Below, piece by piece: positions 9,010-18,616 of a stretch of 64,000 nt of DNA. How positions within the stretch are numbered: the stretch's first letter is position 1; each line of letters starts with the position of its first letter. The stretch spans positions 3,008,001 through 3,072,000 of the forward strand of contig OZ245033.1 in the NCBI GenBank assembly GCA_965224025.1, in the 5' to 3' direction. Both the position numbers and the translations under genes were made by a program. A model generated the notes under the pieces. That model ran no database searches, was not told the origin of the DNA, and saw only the letters and a list, made by a program, of their open reading frames with translations. Origin of the DNA: Candidatus Multivorans sp. Its GTDB lineage: Bacteria > Acidobacteriota > Thermoanaerobaculia > Multivoradales > Multivoraceae.

Positions 9010-11139
9010 CTACCGCTCGTCCCGGGCCTCCAACGCCTTCGAGATGACGAACTGGTGGATCGCCGTGGTCGCCTCCTCGTTGAACATGTCCGCGTAGCCG
9101 GGCATGCCGAGCGGCGGCAGGCCGTCCTGGACGATGGCCATGAAGTCGTCGTGGACTTCCGGGGACATGCGGCGCAGGTCGGGGGAGGCGGTGGCGACGA
9201 TCGCGGTCTGCCCCAGTCCGCCGTGGCAGAGCGCGCAGTGCTCGTGGTAGAGCGTGTTGCCGCGGTCGATCGTCTCGGCATCGGCGGCCAACGGCGGCTG
9301 TTCGGGGATCGTGAAGTCCCGCTCCGGCGGCTCGGCCAGAGTCGCCTCGCCGTCCAGCGAGAACACGAGCAGCGAGCCGGGCCGGTCGTACCGCGTGCTG
9401 CCGCCGACCATTGTGGCCAGGTACTGCGTGCCGTCGATCATGTAGCTGATGATCGACGAGGAGAACGACCCGAAGGCGTCGAACTCCCACAGCTTCTCGC
9501 CCGTGTCCTTGTCGTAGGCGCCCATGTCGCCGCCGCCGCCGCAGTGGAACAGCACGCCGGTGGTCGTCGCGAGCACGCCGCCGTTGAAGGCCGAGGGCAG
9601 CCGGTTCTCCCACACCTTCTCGCCGTTCAGCGGGTCGAAGGCGACCAGGAAGCCCTTGTCCTCGGGGCGAGGCCCGGCTTGCTCCTGGAGCTTCTGGCGG
9701 TAGGGGCCGGAGGCGACGCCGAGGCTCAGTCCCCAAGGCCGGATCGTGTAGGCGCCGGTCTCAACGAACTCCTCGGGCAGGGCGTAGAAGTTCGCGTAGT
9801 CGTGGTAGTAGAAGTACATGACGCCCTTGTCCTGGTCCCAGGACATCGGTTCCCAGTTGTGCGCGCCGGCGTTCGCGGGCGTGATCCACTGCGGCTTCTC
9901 CTCGAAGACCACGTCCGGGTTCTCGATCGGCCGGCCGGTCTCCATGTCGATGTGGGTGGCCCAGTCGATCGCGTCCGTGTAGGGATGGGCGCGCAGCAGT
10001 TCGCCGGTCTCGCGGTCGATGACGTAGAAAAAGCCGTTCTTCGGCGCCTGCAGCAGCACCTTGCGTTCCGCACCGTCGACGGTCAGCTCGCCGAGTGCGA
10101 TGTCCATCGCCGAGCTGTAGTCCCAGTTGTCGCCGGGAACCGTCTGGTAGTGCCACTTCATCTCGGCGGTGTCGGCGTCGACCGCCACGATCGCGGTCAG
10201 GAAGAGGTCGTCGCCGCCGCCCGGTGAGCGGACCTGGCGCGACCAGGGCGCGCCGTTGCCGACCCCGATGTAGAGCAGGTTCAACTCCTCGTCGTAGACC
10301 AGGGAGTTCCAGGCGGTGCCGCCGCCGCCCATCTTCCACCACTCGCCGCCCCAGGTCTTGGCCGCCATCTCCATCTCCGGATGCTCGAACGGTTTGGACG
10401 GATCGCCCGGCACGAGGTAGAAGCGCCAGGCGAGTTCGCCCGTCTCGGCGTCGTAGGCGGAGACGTAGCCGCGGCGTTTGCCGCTCTCGGAGCTCCCCTG
10501 CCCGATGAAGATCTTGCCGGCGGCGGCGCGCGGGGCGCCGGTGATGTTGAAACGGCCGAGCGCGGACGGATGCCACGTGTCCACGTCCCAGACTTCCTCG
10601 CCGGTGGCGGCGTCGACCGCGACCAGGCGGCCGTCGAACAGGGCGACGTAGACCTTGGCCCCGTAGACGGCGACGCCGCGGTTCGCGACCCCGCCGCAGC
10701 AGGAGTACTTGACGTAGGTGCGGTCCGTCTGCGGGTCGTGCGTCCAGATTCCTTCGCCGGTGGCGGGGTCGAGCGCGTAGATCACGCCCCAGCCGTTCGT
10801 CGCGTACATCACCCCATCGACGACCAGCGGCGTGCCCTGCATCCGCTCTGTGGGGCCGCCTATCGGCTTGGACCAGGCGAGCTTCAGATCCGCGACGTTG
10901 TCGCGGGTGATCTGGTCGAGGGTGGAGAAGCGCTGTTCCTTGTAGGTCTGGCCGTAGGTCAGCCAGCTCCCGGGCTCGGCCTCGGCGGCGCGCATGATCC
11001 GCTCGTCGTCAACGTTGCCGGCGGTTGGGGCCATGTCGGTGTCGCCGCCATCGCTGCCGCCGCCGCAGGCGGCCGCCAGCAGGAGAAGGAGAAGGGGAGC
11101 GCACGCTGCCCACCGTGACGTTTCGGTCGCTTCGCTCAT
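9010..11139 (-). CDS. PQQ-dependent quinohemoprotein alcohol dehydrogenase (type II), lipoprotein
   Basis: Lipobox LAAAC, QRFSTLDQI, vicinal CC, GGGGTAW, PGDNWDYS, GAHNW, C-terminal heme motif CALCH. Confidence 0.9.
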   Translation of the reverse strand: MSEATETSRWAACAPLLLLLLAAACGGGSDGGDTDMAPTAGNVDDERIMRAAEAEPGSWLTYGQTYKEQRFSTLDQITRDNVADLKLAWSKPIGGPTERMQGTPLVVDGVMYATNGWGVIYALDPATGEGIWTHDPQTDRTYVKYSCCGGVANRGVAVYGAKVYVALFDGRLVAVDAATGEEVWDVDTWHPSALGRFNITGAPRAAAGKIFIGQGSSESGKRRGYVSAYDAETGELAWRFYLVPGDPSKPFEHPEMEMAAKTWGGEWWKMGGGGTAWNSLVYDEELNLLYIGVGNGAPWSRQVRSPGGGDDLFLTAIVAVDADTAEMKWHYQTVPGDNWDYSSAMDIALGELTVDGAERKVLLQAPKNGFFYVIDRETGELLRAHPYTDAIDWATHIDMETGRPIENPDVVFEEKPQWITPANAGAHNWEPMSWDQDKGVMYFYYHDYANFYALPEEFVETGAYTIRPWGLSLGVASGPYRQKLQEQAGPRPEDKGFLVAFDPLNGEKVWENRLPSAFNGGVLATTTGVLFHCGGGGDMGAYDKDTGEKLWEFDAFGSFSSSIISYMIDGTQYLATMVGGSTRYDRPGSLLVFSLDGEATLAEPPERDFTIPEQPPLAADAETIDRGNTLYHEHCALCHGGLGQTAIVATASPDLRRMSPEVHDDFMAIVQDGLPPLGMPGYADMFNEEATTAIHQFVISKALEARDER

Positions 11140-11208
11140 GTTCAAGTCCCTCGGAGGTTCGCCGGGCAACCTAAGCGTCCGAGTGTCCGGTGTCAACGGC
11201 ACTAGGCG

Positions 11209-11475
11209 TCAGTAGGCGTCGCCGCGGCGGAGGATGGCATAGACGTGGAGGACACGTGCCTCCGAGTCGGGCGTCATCAGGATCCGCCAGCCGCCGACTC
11301 GAACGCGGTAGTCGCCCTTGAGTCTTCCGCTTAGGGGACGAACGCGAGGACGGCTCAAGGGCAGGTCGGACCTCCGAAGATCGAGCAGCGTCTCCTTGAG
11401 CCGCCGCCGAGTCGTCGAATCGAGCCTGAGATACTGCTTTTCCGCTGACGGATGGACGTCAATCCGCCAGTTCAT
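11209..11475 (-). CDS. RelE/ParE family toxin
   Basis: W.I....AEKQY..LD...RPLSG...YRVRVGGWRI...ILRRGDAY. Confidence 0.88.
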   Translation of the reverse strand: MNWRIDVHPSAEKQYLRLDSTTRRRLKETLLDLRRSDLPLSRPRVRPLSGRLKGDYRVRVGGWRILMTPDSEARVLHVYAILRRGDAY

Positions 11476-11698
11476 CGAGGCTCTTACCGGGGACGCCTGA
11501 CTCGACTTCCTTCTTGCCGCGCTCGATCGCCTCGACCAATTCGGGGCGGGAGAGAAGATCGAGGATCTCCTTGTGGCGCTCGATGTACTCGTCGATCAGG
11601 TCGGAGAGAATCACTTTCATCTCGGTCTTCTCGATACTGGCAATGACCCTCAGAACGTCTCGTTTCTCGGCTGGAATGCGGACTGTCGCTGTCGTCAT
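11459..11698 (-). CDS. Putative antitoxin (RHH-like) of the RelE pair
   Basis: 79-aa protein with acidic tail overlapping relE; palindrome TAGTGCACTA just upstream (~11715-11724). Confidence 0.75.
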   Translation of the reverse strand: MTTATVRIPAEKRDVLRVIASIEKTEMKVILSDLIDEYIERHKEILDLLSRPELVEAIERGKKEVESGVPGKSLDELAD

Positions 11699-11800
11699 GG
11701 CAGGTTCCCTTGCATAGTGCACTAGTAGCTTAGGCGCTTGAGCGCCTCGATTCAAGCAGCGAGGTTCGGGATCTTGTGGCGACGCGGGGCTGAAGTAGCG

Positions 11801-13807
11801 CTACTGATCGGGTGCGTGGTACCAGATCGGCGAGGTCCAGGCGCGTTCCTGGATCCGCCACGGCTGGTCCGGATCCGCGCATGCAGCCGGCCGTTCTTCC
11901 TCGGGAAGAGCAGCGCACTGGAGCGCGTTCCAGCGGCAACTCGGATTCTCGAGGACTCTCGCGTAGTAGACAGCCGAGCGGGCCGGATCGAACTCGGGAT
12001 CGGTCCACGTGGCGCACAGGGACGTCGCGCCGTCACCCCTTCGTTCGCAGGTGGACCTGGACACGTCCGCGCCGTTGTCCGGCTCGCCGGCGACGTCGAA
12101 GATTCGCTCGTGGAACAGGCCGTGGTCGCCGGCCCAGCCCTTGATGATCTGGATGCGCTGCAGGGGCGTGCCGGGGTGCTCGCTGGTGCCGGGGTCGGCG
12201 ATGGCGGACACGAACAACGTCGGCGCCGCGGCGCGTTCGCTTTCCGGAAGCGCGCCGCCCATCGGCACCGCCGTGTCATAGGCGTCGGCGATCATGTCGC
12301 CACTGGAGCAAAGATCGGGAAGACCCCAGCCGCCGAACAAACGCGCCTTGATCCGCACCCCGCTGGTGCCGAAGGTCTCCTTGCGCAGCATCGCGTCGAA
12401 CAGGGAGTCGCGCGAGTTCTCCTCGGCCCAGATGCCGATCAGGCCGCCGGGGTTTCTGAGCCGGTGCGGCGCGTAGGCGGGCGTGGTGAGCCGCTTCCCG
12501 AGGTCCGAGTCGACGTTCGCGTTCTGCCCCTGGTAGTCGAACTCATCCGTGTCGCCAGGGAAGCCGTTGTGGCCGTCAGTCGAGGCCATGATCCCGAATT
12601 GGAACGGGTTGACGCCCAGGCGCTCCTCCTGGGCCAGACCGTCGATCAGCGCGTAGCGCACGAAATCGAGCCGGGACTGGCAGCCCTGGCCGCGCAGCCC
12701 GCCGACGCCGGTGCCCTCCTCGCAGTCGGGCGGCCTCTCCCCGTCGATGTAGCGCACCTTCTCGAAGTCGCAGAACTCGTCCTCGCCGACGACGCCCCAC
12801 ATGCCGCGCCGGCACTCGGAATCGCCCTTTGCCTGCATGATCTCGACCAGCGGATCCATCTCGGCCTGGAGCGCCGCCCGTGCGCGTTGCTCGTCCAACG
12901 GCATGCTCGCCCAGTCGACGGTGAACATCTGGCCGTTCGAGATGTTCGAGTTGTGGGGGATCGTGAGTGCCTGGCAGCCGGTGCCGGTGTCGTTGCAACG
13001 GTCCTTGAGCCGGGTCCAGAGGTCCAGCGGCTCCGCGGCGTCCATCCAGGAGATCGGCAGCTCGGGCGCAATCTCGTTGCGCAGGATGACGTTGCGATGC
13101 ACCTTGGACAAGCCCGGCATTCGGGTGTACTCCCAGCCATGGAAACTCGTGAAGGAGCAGTCGCTCGACCGGTCGTAGTGCCGTTCGGCTGCGGCCTGGG
13201 TTGCACCCCAGGCGGTGAGCAGGCCGTTGCGGCAGACACTCGTGTCCTCGCCGCACAGTCCCGGCACCCGGCCGGTGATCCGGTGGTCCATCCAGGCCGC
13301 GCGTTCTTCGGCGGTGCTTCCCGGCCGCATCCCGCGGCAGGCCGGCTCGTCGTAGAGCGGCGAGGACGGGTCGGTGCAGACGGAGACCTCGCCCAGCCAC
13401 TCGGAGTGGTCGGTGACCGCGGCGAAGTCGAGTGGACGGACGAGTTGGGCCGTGCGCGTCGGCTGTCCCTCTTCGTCGAGCGGGCCGAGGCCGAGCGCTT
13501 CGCCGCGGGCGAATCGATAGGCGTCATCAGGGGTCTGGAAGCCGCCGCGGCCGAGGGCGTCGAGGGAGAAGGCCGTGTGGGTGTGGAGATCGCCGAAGAA
13601 CGCCTGGCGGAGCGGGTCGTGGTTGGCGCAAGGGTCTCGCGGCACGAGCTCGCTCGGCTCGGCCGCCGCGCTGGGCGGGTTCCACTCCTGGGTGACGTAA
13701 GGCGGAATCCCGGTCGGGGGTGTCGCGTCCCCGTTCGAGTAGTCGTCCTGGCCGCACGCCAGCGCGACGACGACGGCAAGGCCGGCTGCGAAGCGGCGTT
13801 TCTTCAT
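11801..13807 (-). CDS. DUF3604 domain lipoprotein (PHP-like metallohydrolase)
   Basis: FFGDLHTHTAFSLDA, LDFAAVTDHSE, HRNVI, IPHNSN, YYARVLENPSCRW, IQERAWTSPIWY. Confidence 0.88.
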   Translation of the reverse strand: MKKRRFAAGLAVVVALACGQDDYSNGDATPPTGIPPYVTQEWNPPSAAAEPSELVPRDPCANHDPLRQAFFGDLHTHTAFSLDALGRGGFQTPDDAYRFARGEALGLGPLDEEGQPTRTAQLVRPLDFAAVTDHSEWLGEVSVCTDPSSPLYDEPACRGMRPGSTAEERAAWMDHRITGRVPGLCGEDTSVCRNGLLTAWGATQAAAERHYDRSSDCSFTSFHGWEYTRMPGLSKVHRNVILRNEIAPELPISWMDAAEPLDLWTRLKDRCNDTGTGCQALTIPHNSNISNGQMFTVDWASMPLDEQRARAALQAEMDPLVEIMQAKGDSECRRGMWGVVGEDEFCDFEKVRYIDGERPPDCEEGTGVGGLRGQGCQSRLDFVRYALIDGLAQEERLGVNPFQFGIMASTDGHNGFPGDTDEFDYQGQNANVDSDLGKRLTTPAYAPHRLRNPGGLIGIWAEENSRDSLFDAMLRKETFGTSGVRIKARLFGGWGLPDLCSSGDMIADAYDTAVPMGGALPESERAAAPTLFVSAIADPGTSEHPGTPLQRIQIIKGWAGDHGLFHERIFDVAGEPDNGADVSRSTCERRGDGATSLCATWTDPEFDPARSAVYYARVLENPSCRWNALQCAALPEEERPAACADPDQPWRIQERAWTSPIWYHAPDQ

Positions 13808-13886
13808 GGCTTCAGGGTGGCGCGTGGGTCCGGGTCACCTGTTGCGGCGAGGCCCACGTCGTGCCTTCGGTGGGCGGGGCCTCCAC

Positions 13887-14288
13887 TCAGTAGCGCAACA
13901 ACTCGAGGCCCGGGATGCCGCCGAAGGGCTTCGCGTTTCGAGTCGCCAGTGGGGCGGCGTTCTGCGCCGCCCATGCTGCGATCCAGAGATCAGGCTTGGA
14001 ACGTCCGGTTAGACCGCCGTTAGTTCTGAGGTGAGACACGATGCGGGCGTAGCTCAGCGCCGTCTCGATCGTGACATCGCCGATCCGGAACAGTCGCAGA
14101 AAGCGCAGCGATTCCGCGAGCCGCGCCTCCGAGATCGTGGCCCCACCCTCGAGAAACTCCCCGGCGGCGTGGCATGGAACCACGAACTCCTCCCCGGAGT
14201 ACCGCTCGAGTAGCGACCTCGCGGAGGAGTCTTCGAACTCGTGACTTCGCCAGAGATCGACCAGCAAGGTCGTGTCGAAGCAGATCAT
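13887..14288 (-). CDS. vapC: VapC family PIN-domain toxin
   Basis: MICFDTTLLVD, GEF..G, DLWIAA.A, LATRNAKPF..IPGL. Confidence 0.88.
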   Translation of the reverse strand: MICFDTTLLVDLWRSHEFEDSSARSLLERYSGEEFVVPCHAAGEFLEGGATISEARLAESLRFLRLFRIGDVTIETALSYARIVSHLRTNGGLTGRSKPDLWIAAWAAQNAAPLATRNAKPFGGIPGLELLRY

Positions 14289-14524
14289 TGTTCCCAGCGT
14301 TCGCTGTCGCGATTTTCGGCGACAACGGCAAGAAACCGCTCCGCGTCACTCTTGGTCAGGCACGAGAAGCCCTCTAGGCTTCGGAGAATGTCGCGTCCCG
14401 TGTGTGCGTCCGCTACCTCGGACAACAGACGGTCGATGACCTTCGAGAAGGACTCGCCATCTCTCTTCAACTCGGCGAGACGCCCGTAGATGCTCGACTC
14501 GAGTGCGATCGTCTTCGTGCTCAT
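14285..14524 (-). CDS. VapB-like antitoxin (DUF217-type)
   Basis: MSTKTIAL...Y.RL..LKR.GESFS.VI.RL; ATGA overlap with vapC. Confidence 0.85.
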   Translation of the reverse strand: MSTKTIALESSIYGRLAELKRDGESFSKVIDRLLSEVADAHTGRDILRSLEGFSCLTKSDAERFLAVVAENRDSERWEQ

Positions 14525-14543
14525 ACATGCAGATTTGCATGTA
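14524..14543. promoter_or_regulatory. Probable vapBC autoregulatory operator
   Basis: Perfect inverted repeat TACATGCA-N4-TGCATGTA abutting the antitoxin start. Confidence 0.6.
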
Positions 14544-14604
14544 GAGTGACACGAGTCAAGACCGGGCGAGGCCATCGCCCTTGCCTCGTCGAGAGCCTTG
14601 AAGA

Positions 14605-14679
14605 TGGAGCCGACGAGCGGATTTGAACCGCTGACCTGCTGATTACGAATCAGCTGCTCTGCCACTGAGCTACGTCGGC
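14605..14679 (-). tRNA. tRNA-Thr (anticodon CGT)
   Basis: GCCGACG TAGCTCAGTGGCAGAGC A GCTGA TTCGTAA TCAGC AGGTC AGCGG TTCAAAT CCGCT CGTCGGC TCCA; full cloverleaf with encoded CCA; extended -10 TGCTACACT upstream. Confidence 0.97.
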
Positions 14680-14889
14680 ACAACCGGGCGAGACTGGCCG
14701 ATCCCGGCGCGGAGGACGCCGGAGTGTAGCAGCGGTTTGACTAGTCCTAGCGCGGCAGTATCGTCGCCGCTTCGCGGCGCGTTTCCTCTCGGAAGCCGGC
14801 GGGGACGCCGGCCCACCCAGTTTCTGCCGCGCAGTCTTGCATGGAACAAACGGGTAGGGGTTCCTTGTTGGCAGCGCAGGTTGCGCGAT

Positions 14890-16209
14890 TCAGGCGGCAT
14901 GTTCGGTCGGCACGAGAGCCAGATTCAGGCGGCGGGCCTGACGCTGCAGGTTTCTGATTTGTCGTTCGCGTCGGACGGCCTCCATTTCGACGAGGTCGCG
15001 CTCGACGTACTCTTCGCCGTGGGTCAGCATGGCGTAGATCAGTCGGCCGAGTTGATGAGCGGTGGCCTTGATGGCCTTCGCCTTCTCCATGTGCTGGAGA
15101 CGCCGGCGGTGAGAGGCTCCGATGGCGGTCTTGCTGTTGCGGGCTGTGGTGGCGGCTTGGCGCAGCGCCTGGCCGACCCGGTTGGTCTGCTTCACGGGAG
15201 GGCCGTTCAGCCGTTTGTCGCCGCTGATGTTGGTCGGTGGAGCCAGACACAGCCACGAGCAGAAGTTGCCCTGCGAGGGAAACCGGGACAGGTCCGGGCC
15301 GATCTCAGCGGCGAAGGTCAGCGCGGTTTCGACGCCGACCGTCGGAATGGCGACCAGGTCCACGCCGAGCATGCGATGCAGCCGCTTCCGCAGGGCGCGC
15401 TCGCGCGCCTTCGAACCGGGCGGCGGCGCGTCCTCGACGCCGTCTTGGGCCAGGCCGTCGAGCTCGGCGTCGATGCGCTTCTCGCACATCTCGATCTGGC
15501 CTTGCAGCATGTCGTAGCGGGCCAGCGCCTGGCCCAGAGCGAACAGGTGCTCGTCTCGCCAGTTGCCTTGCAAACTCGCCGCGATCACAGCCGGACCAGC
15601 CTTGCAGCGACCGTCCCGGTGACGGGCCAGCGCCGCGCCGTCGCGCTCGCCGGCGACGATCGCGCGCACGATCAACTGGCCGGTCTTGCCCATGATGTCG
15701 CTCAGCACGTTGTCCAACTGCACGTTCATCTGCACCAGAGCCTTCTGGATGTGCTGCACCGCGCGGCTGCGGTCGCGGACCAACTGGGCGCGCTGCCGCG
15801 TGTACGAACGCAGCGGACACAACTCGTCCGGCGCGCGAAACGCACCGCGCAGGAGCCCGTAGCTCATCAACTGCCGGATCCACTGGCAGTCCAGAACGTC
15901 ACTCTTGCGGCCACTCACCTGCTTGGTCGCCCGAGGATTCACCAGATGCACCTCGAACCCCGCCCGGTCCAGCACCTCGAACACCGGAATCCAGTACACC
16001 CCCGTCGACTCCAGCGCCACCTCACGCACGCCGCACTCCTGAAGCCACGAGGCCATCGCCTCGAGGTCCTCCGTGAACGACGAGAAATTGCGCACCGGCC
16101 GCTCGAAACGCGACGGGGCCACCGCCACGTAGTGCTTGCGCTTGCCTACGTCCACACCGGCGCAATCCGGGTGAACGACTTCCAGACGCTCCGCCTTCCG
16201 CTTTGCCAT
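14890..16209 (-). CDS. IS110 family transposase/recombinase
   Basis: AGVDVGK, VALESTGVYW, GRKSDVLDCQWI (DEDD RuvC-like), IPTVG...AEIG.DLSRF, ISG catalytic serine region; SD GGAGG. Confidence 0.93.
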   Translation of the reverse strand: MAKRKAERLEVVHPDCAGVDVGKRKHYVAVAPSRFERPVRNFSSFTEDLEAMASWLQECGVREVALESTGVYWIPVFEVLDRAGFEVHLVNPRATKQVSGRKSDVLDCQWIRQLMSYGLLRGAFRAPDELCPLRSYTRQRAQLVRDRSRAVQHIQKALVQMNVQLDNVLSDIMGKTGQLIVRAIVAGERDGAALARHRDGRCKAGPAVIAASLQGNWRDEHLFALGQALARYDMLQGQIEMCEKRIDAELDGLAQDGVEDAPPPGSKARERALRKRLHRMLGVDLVAIPTVGVETALTFAAEIGPDLSRFPSQGNFCSWLCLAPPTNISGDKRLNGPPVKQTNRVGQALRQAATTARNSKTAIGASHRRRLQHMEKAKAIKATAHQLGRLIYAMLTHGEEYVERDLVEMEAVRRERQIRNLQRQARRLNLALVPTEHAA

Positions 16210-16239
16210 CCCCTGCCTCCCGTAGATGTGGAATCCAAT

Positions 16240-16405
16240 CGTCGCGCTGGGCAGAGACCGCGGCGAAAAGCTCAATCTTGCATACGGGGTCGCGACACAA
16301 GCCGCGCCGCCAGCGTCAGAGCGCCGATCACGGTCCGGGCCAAACTCCTAGTCGGGCGCCAACACACCAGTGCCTGCGCGGCCTCGCTGCCCAGCGCGGC
16401 CAACT
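16240..16405 (-). ncRNA. Candidate IS110 bridge/seek RNA
   Basis: Long closing stem (16377-16398 with 16243-16262, 12 bp perfect), internal hairpins, 8-nt match to the element's far end. Confidence 0.5.
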
Positions 16406-16535
16406 CTATGAACCCACGACGCCGCTGTAACGTTGGCTACTCGCTGCCTGTTCCCTGCGCGACAGCGCAGCGACAACGCTGCGGACACTCCTAGCGTGTT
16501 CCGGGATACCCTGCCGCGAGGCTGGTGCCCACCCG

Positions 16536-17888
16536 ATGACCGTCCAACGATTCCCCAGCCCGGCCCCAGGGCCGCCGCCCGGGCGTGGCGGCATGTGGGA
16601 GTCGCTGCGGATACCCCAGTTCCGCTGGCTCTACCTGTCGAACACGACCTTCTTCCTGGCCATGCAGGGCCAGTTGGTTGTCCGTTCGTGGCTCGTCTAC
16701 TCGCTGACCGGCAGCGAGTTCGCATTGGGGCTAGTCAGCCTGATGGTGGCGCTTTCGATGCTCAGTCTGGGGCCGGTCGGAGGAGCCGCGGCCGACCGGT
16801 TCGAACGCAGGGGCCTGGTGGCCGCCGGACAGGCAACGGTGGTGGTGGCCGAGGTGATCGTGCTCTCCCTGCTTCTGAGCGGAAGACTCGACTATTGGCA
16901 CATCCTGGTCCAGGTGACGGTGGTAGGGGCGGTCTTCCCCTTCGTCATGCCGGCGAGGAACGCGATCGTCGCCGACGTGGTCGGCCGGCGCCGGCTGACG
17001 AACGCCATGGCGCTGAGCATGACCGCGGTCAACGTAACCCGGGTCGTGGGGCCGGGAGTGGGCGGCTTCCTCATCTGGGCTGCGGGCGTAAACGTTGCGT
17101 ACTCGATCAACACCGGCCTCTATGCGCTGGCCCTTGCAGGCATGATGGGGGTCCATCGGGCGCCGGTGGCCGACCCGTCGAGGCACTCGATGCTCCACAA
17201 CATGGGGCAGGGTTTCCGGTACGTGGCGGAGAACCGGCTGGTCCTCGTCTTGCTGTTCTTCGGCCTGGTGCCGATGTTCCTGGTCATGCCCTTCCAGACC
17301 CTGCTCGTGGTCTTTGCCGAGGACATCTGGCAAGTGGGCGCGGGCGGCCTTGGGGCGTTGAGCGGCGCCGCGGGCGTCGGCGGCGTACTGGGGGCGGCGT
17401 TCGTCGCCTGGCGGTCCTACTCGACCCGCCGACTCCGGCTGATGATGACCAGCGTCTTCGCCTTCGGCCTGTTCATGATGGGCTTCGCGCTCAGTCCCTG
17501 GTTCTGGCTCGGCCTTCTGTTGGTCCTGGCCGGCTCGGCGTTCCAGGCCGTCTACACGACGCTGAACAACACGGCGATTCATGTCCTGATCCCGGACTCG
17601 GTGCGCGGCCGGGTATCCGGCTTTCTGACCATGTCGTTCTCGCTGCCGATGCTCGGCGTGGCGCCGATCAGCGCTCTCGCCGAGGTCTGGGGAGCACCGG
17701 TGGCGGTGGGTCTGGCCTCGATGCTTGCCGTGGTGGTGGCGATCGTCTTCTACCTTGTCAGTTCCGACCTGCGGCGGATGGACCTCTTGATCCGCAAGGC
17801 ATTCAGAGCCGCGGTTCGTGCTGACGCCGAACGGCCGGTTGCACCGGAAGCGGCCACAAAGGAGGTCGCGCGGGGGTCGACTCCCTGA
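16536..17888 (+). CDS. MFS transporter (MFS_3-like)
   Basis: About 12 hydrophobic segments, GGAAADRFERR motif A, RGRVSG. Confidence 0.9.
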   Translation: MTVQRFPSPAPGPPPGRGGMWESLRIPQFRWLYLSNTTFFLAMQGQLVVRSWLVYSLTGSEFALGLVSLMVALSMLSLGPVGGAAADRFERRGLVAAGQATVVVAEVIVLSLLLSGRLDYWHILVQVTVVGAVFPFVMPARNAIVADVVGRRRLTNAMALSMTAVNVTRVVGPGVGGFLIWAAGVNVAYSINTGLYALALAGMMGVHRAPVADPSRHSMLHNMGQGFRYVAENRLVLVLLFFGLVPMFLVMPFQTLLVVFAEDIWQVGAGGLGALSGAAGVGGVLGAAFVAWRSYSTRRLRLMMTSVFAFGLFMMGFALSPWFWLGLLLVLAGSAFQAVYTTLNNTAIHVLIPDSVRGRVSGFLTMSFSLPMLGVAPISALAEVWGAPVAVGLASMLAVVVAIVFYLVSSDLRRMDLLIRKAFRAAVRADAERPVAPEAATKEVARGSTP

Positions 17889-17912
17889 GCCTGGAGAGGA
17901 GGTATTGGACAT

Positions 17913-18539
17913 ATGCTGATCACGATCTCAAGGCAGTACGCCTCCGGTGGCACGCAGGTGGCTTCTCTGGTGGCGGAGCGGCTCGGTTGGCGGCTGGTCG
18001 GCAACACGCTGATCGACGAGGTGGCGGAGCGTGCCGGTGTTCCGCCGGAAGAGGTCCAGGCACGGGAAGACCGGCCCCCAGGCTTCGTGGAGCGCCTCGC
18101 CCGCATTGCCAGCGTCCAGCTTCCAGATCTGTTCCTCCCGGCGCCTCCGATCGGGCAGCCGATCGGCGAAGGGAATCTGGTGCGCGTCACCCGCAGCGTC
18201 GTCTGTGAGATTGCCGCTGAAGGCCGTTGTGTGTTCGTCGGCCGCGCGTCAGCCGCGGTGCTGGCACGGCGCGAGGATGCGCTCCACGTGCGGCTCGTTG
18301 CGGGCCCCGAGTTCCGGCGTCGGGTGGCGGTCGAAGCGATGGGTGTGCCGGAGAGGGACGCCGACGCGATCGTCGCGCGCCGCGACGTGAACCGGGTCCG
18401 CTACCACCGCGAGTACTACGCGCGCGACTGCGACGACCCGCGGCGCTACGACCTGGTGCTGAACACTGAGCGGCTTGGCTTTCCGGGCGCCGCAGACCAG
18501 ATCGTTCACCGGGCCCGGGCGCTCGGTTGGACCGACTGA
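17913..18539 (+). CDS. Cytidylate kinase-like family protein
   Basis: ITISRQYASGG, CVFVGR, LHVRLVA, YDLVLNT. Confidence 0.88.
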   Translation: MLITISRQYASGGTQVASLVAERLGWRLVGNTLIDEVAERAGVPPEEVQAREDRPPGFVERLARIASVQLPDLFLPAPPIGQPIGEGNLVRVTRSVVCEIAAEGRCVFVGRASAAVLARREDALHVRLVAGPEFRRRVAVEAMGVPERDADAIVARRDVNRVRYHREYYARDCDDPRRYDLVLNTERLGFPGAADQIVHRARALGWTD

Positions 18540-18616
18540 CTTCTTGGAACCAGCTTGCTACGATCAATGCTACGATGAGTCGCTGTCGCGATCGGGAAGC
18601 TTCGAGGCGCTGATCG

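Larger units (their letters stand above)
14836..16496 (-). mobile_element. IS110-family insertion sequence (ends approximate)
   Basis: IS110 transposase plus a ~290-nt structured upstream non-coding region; no clear terminal IR/TSD. Confidence 0.75.
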
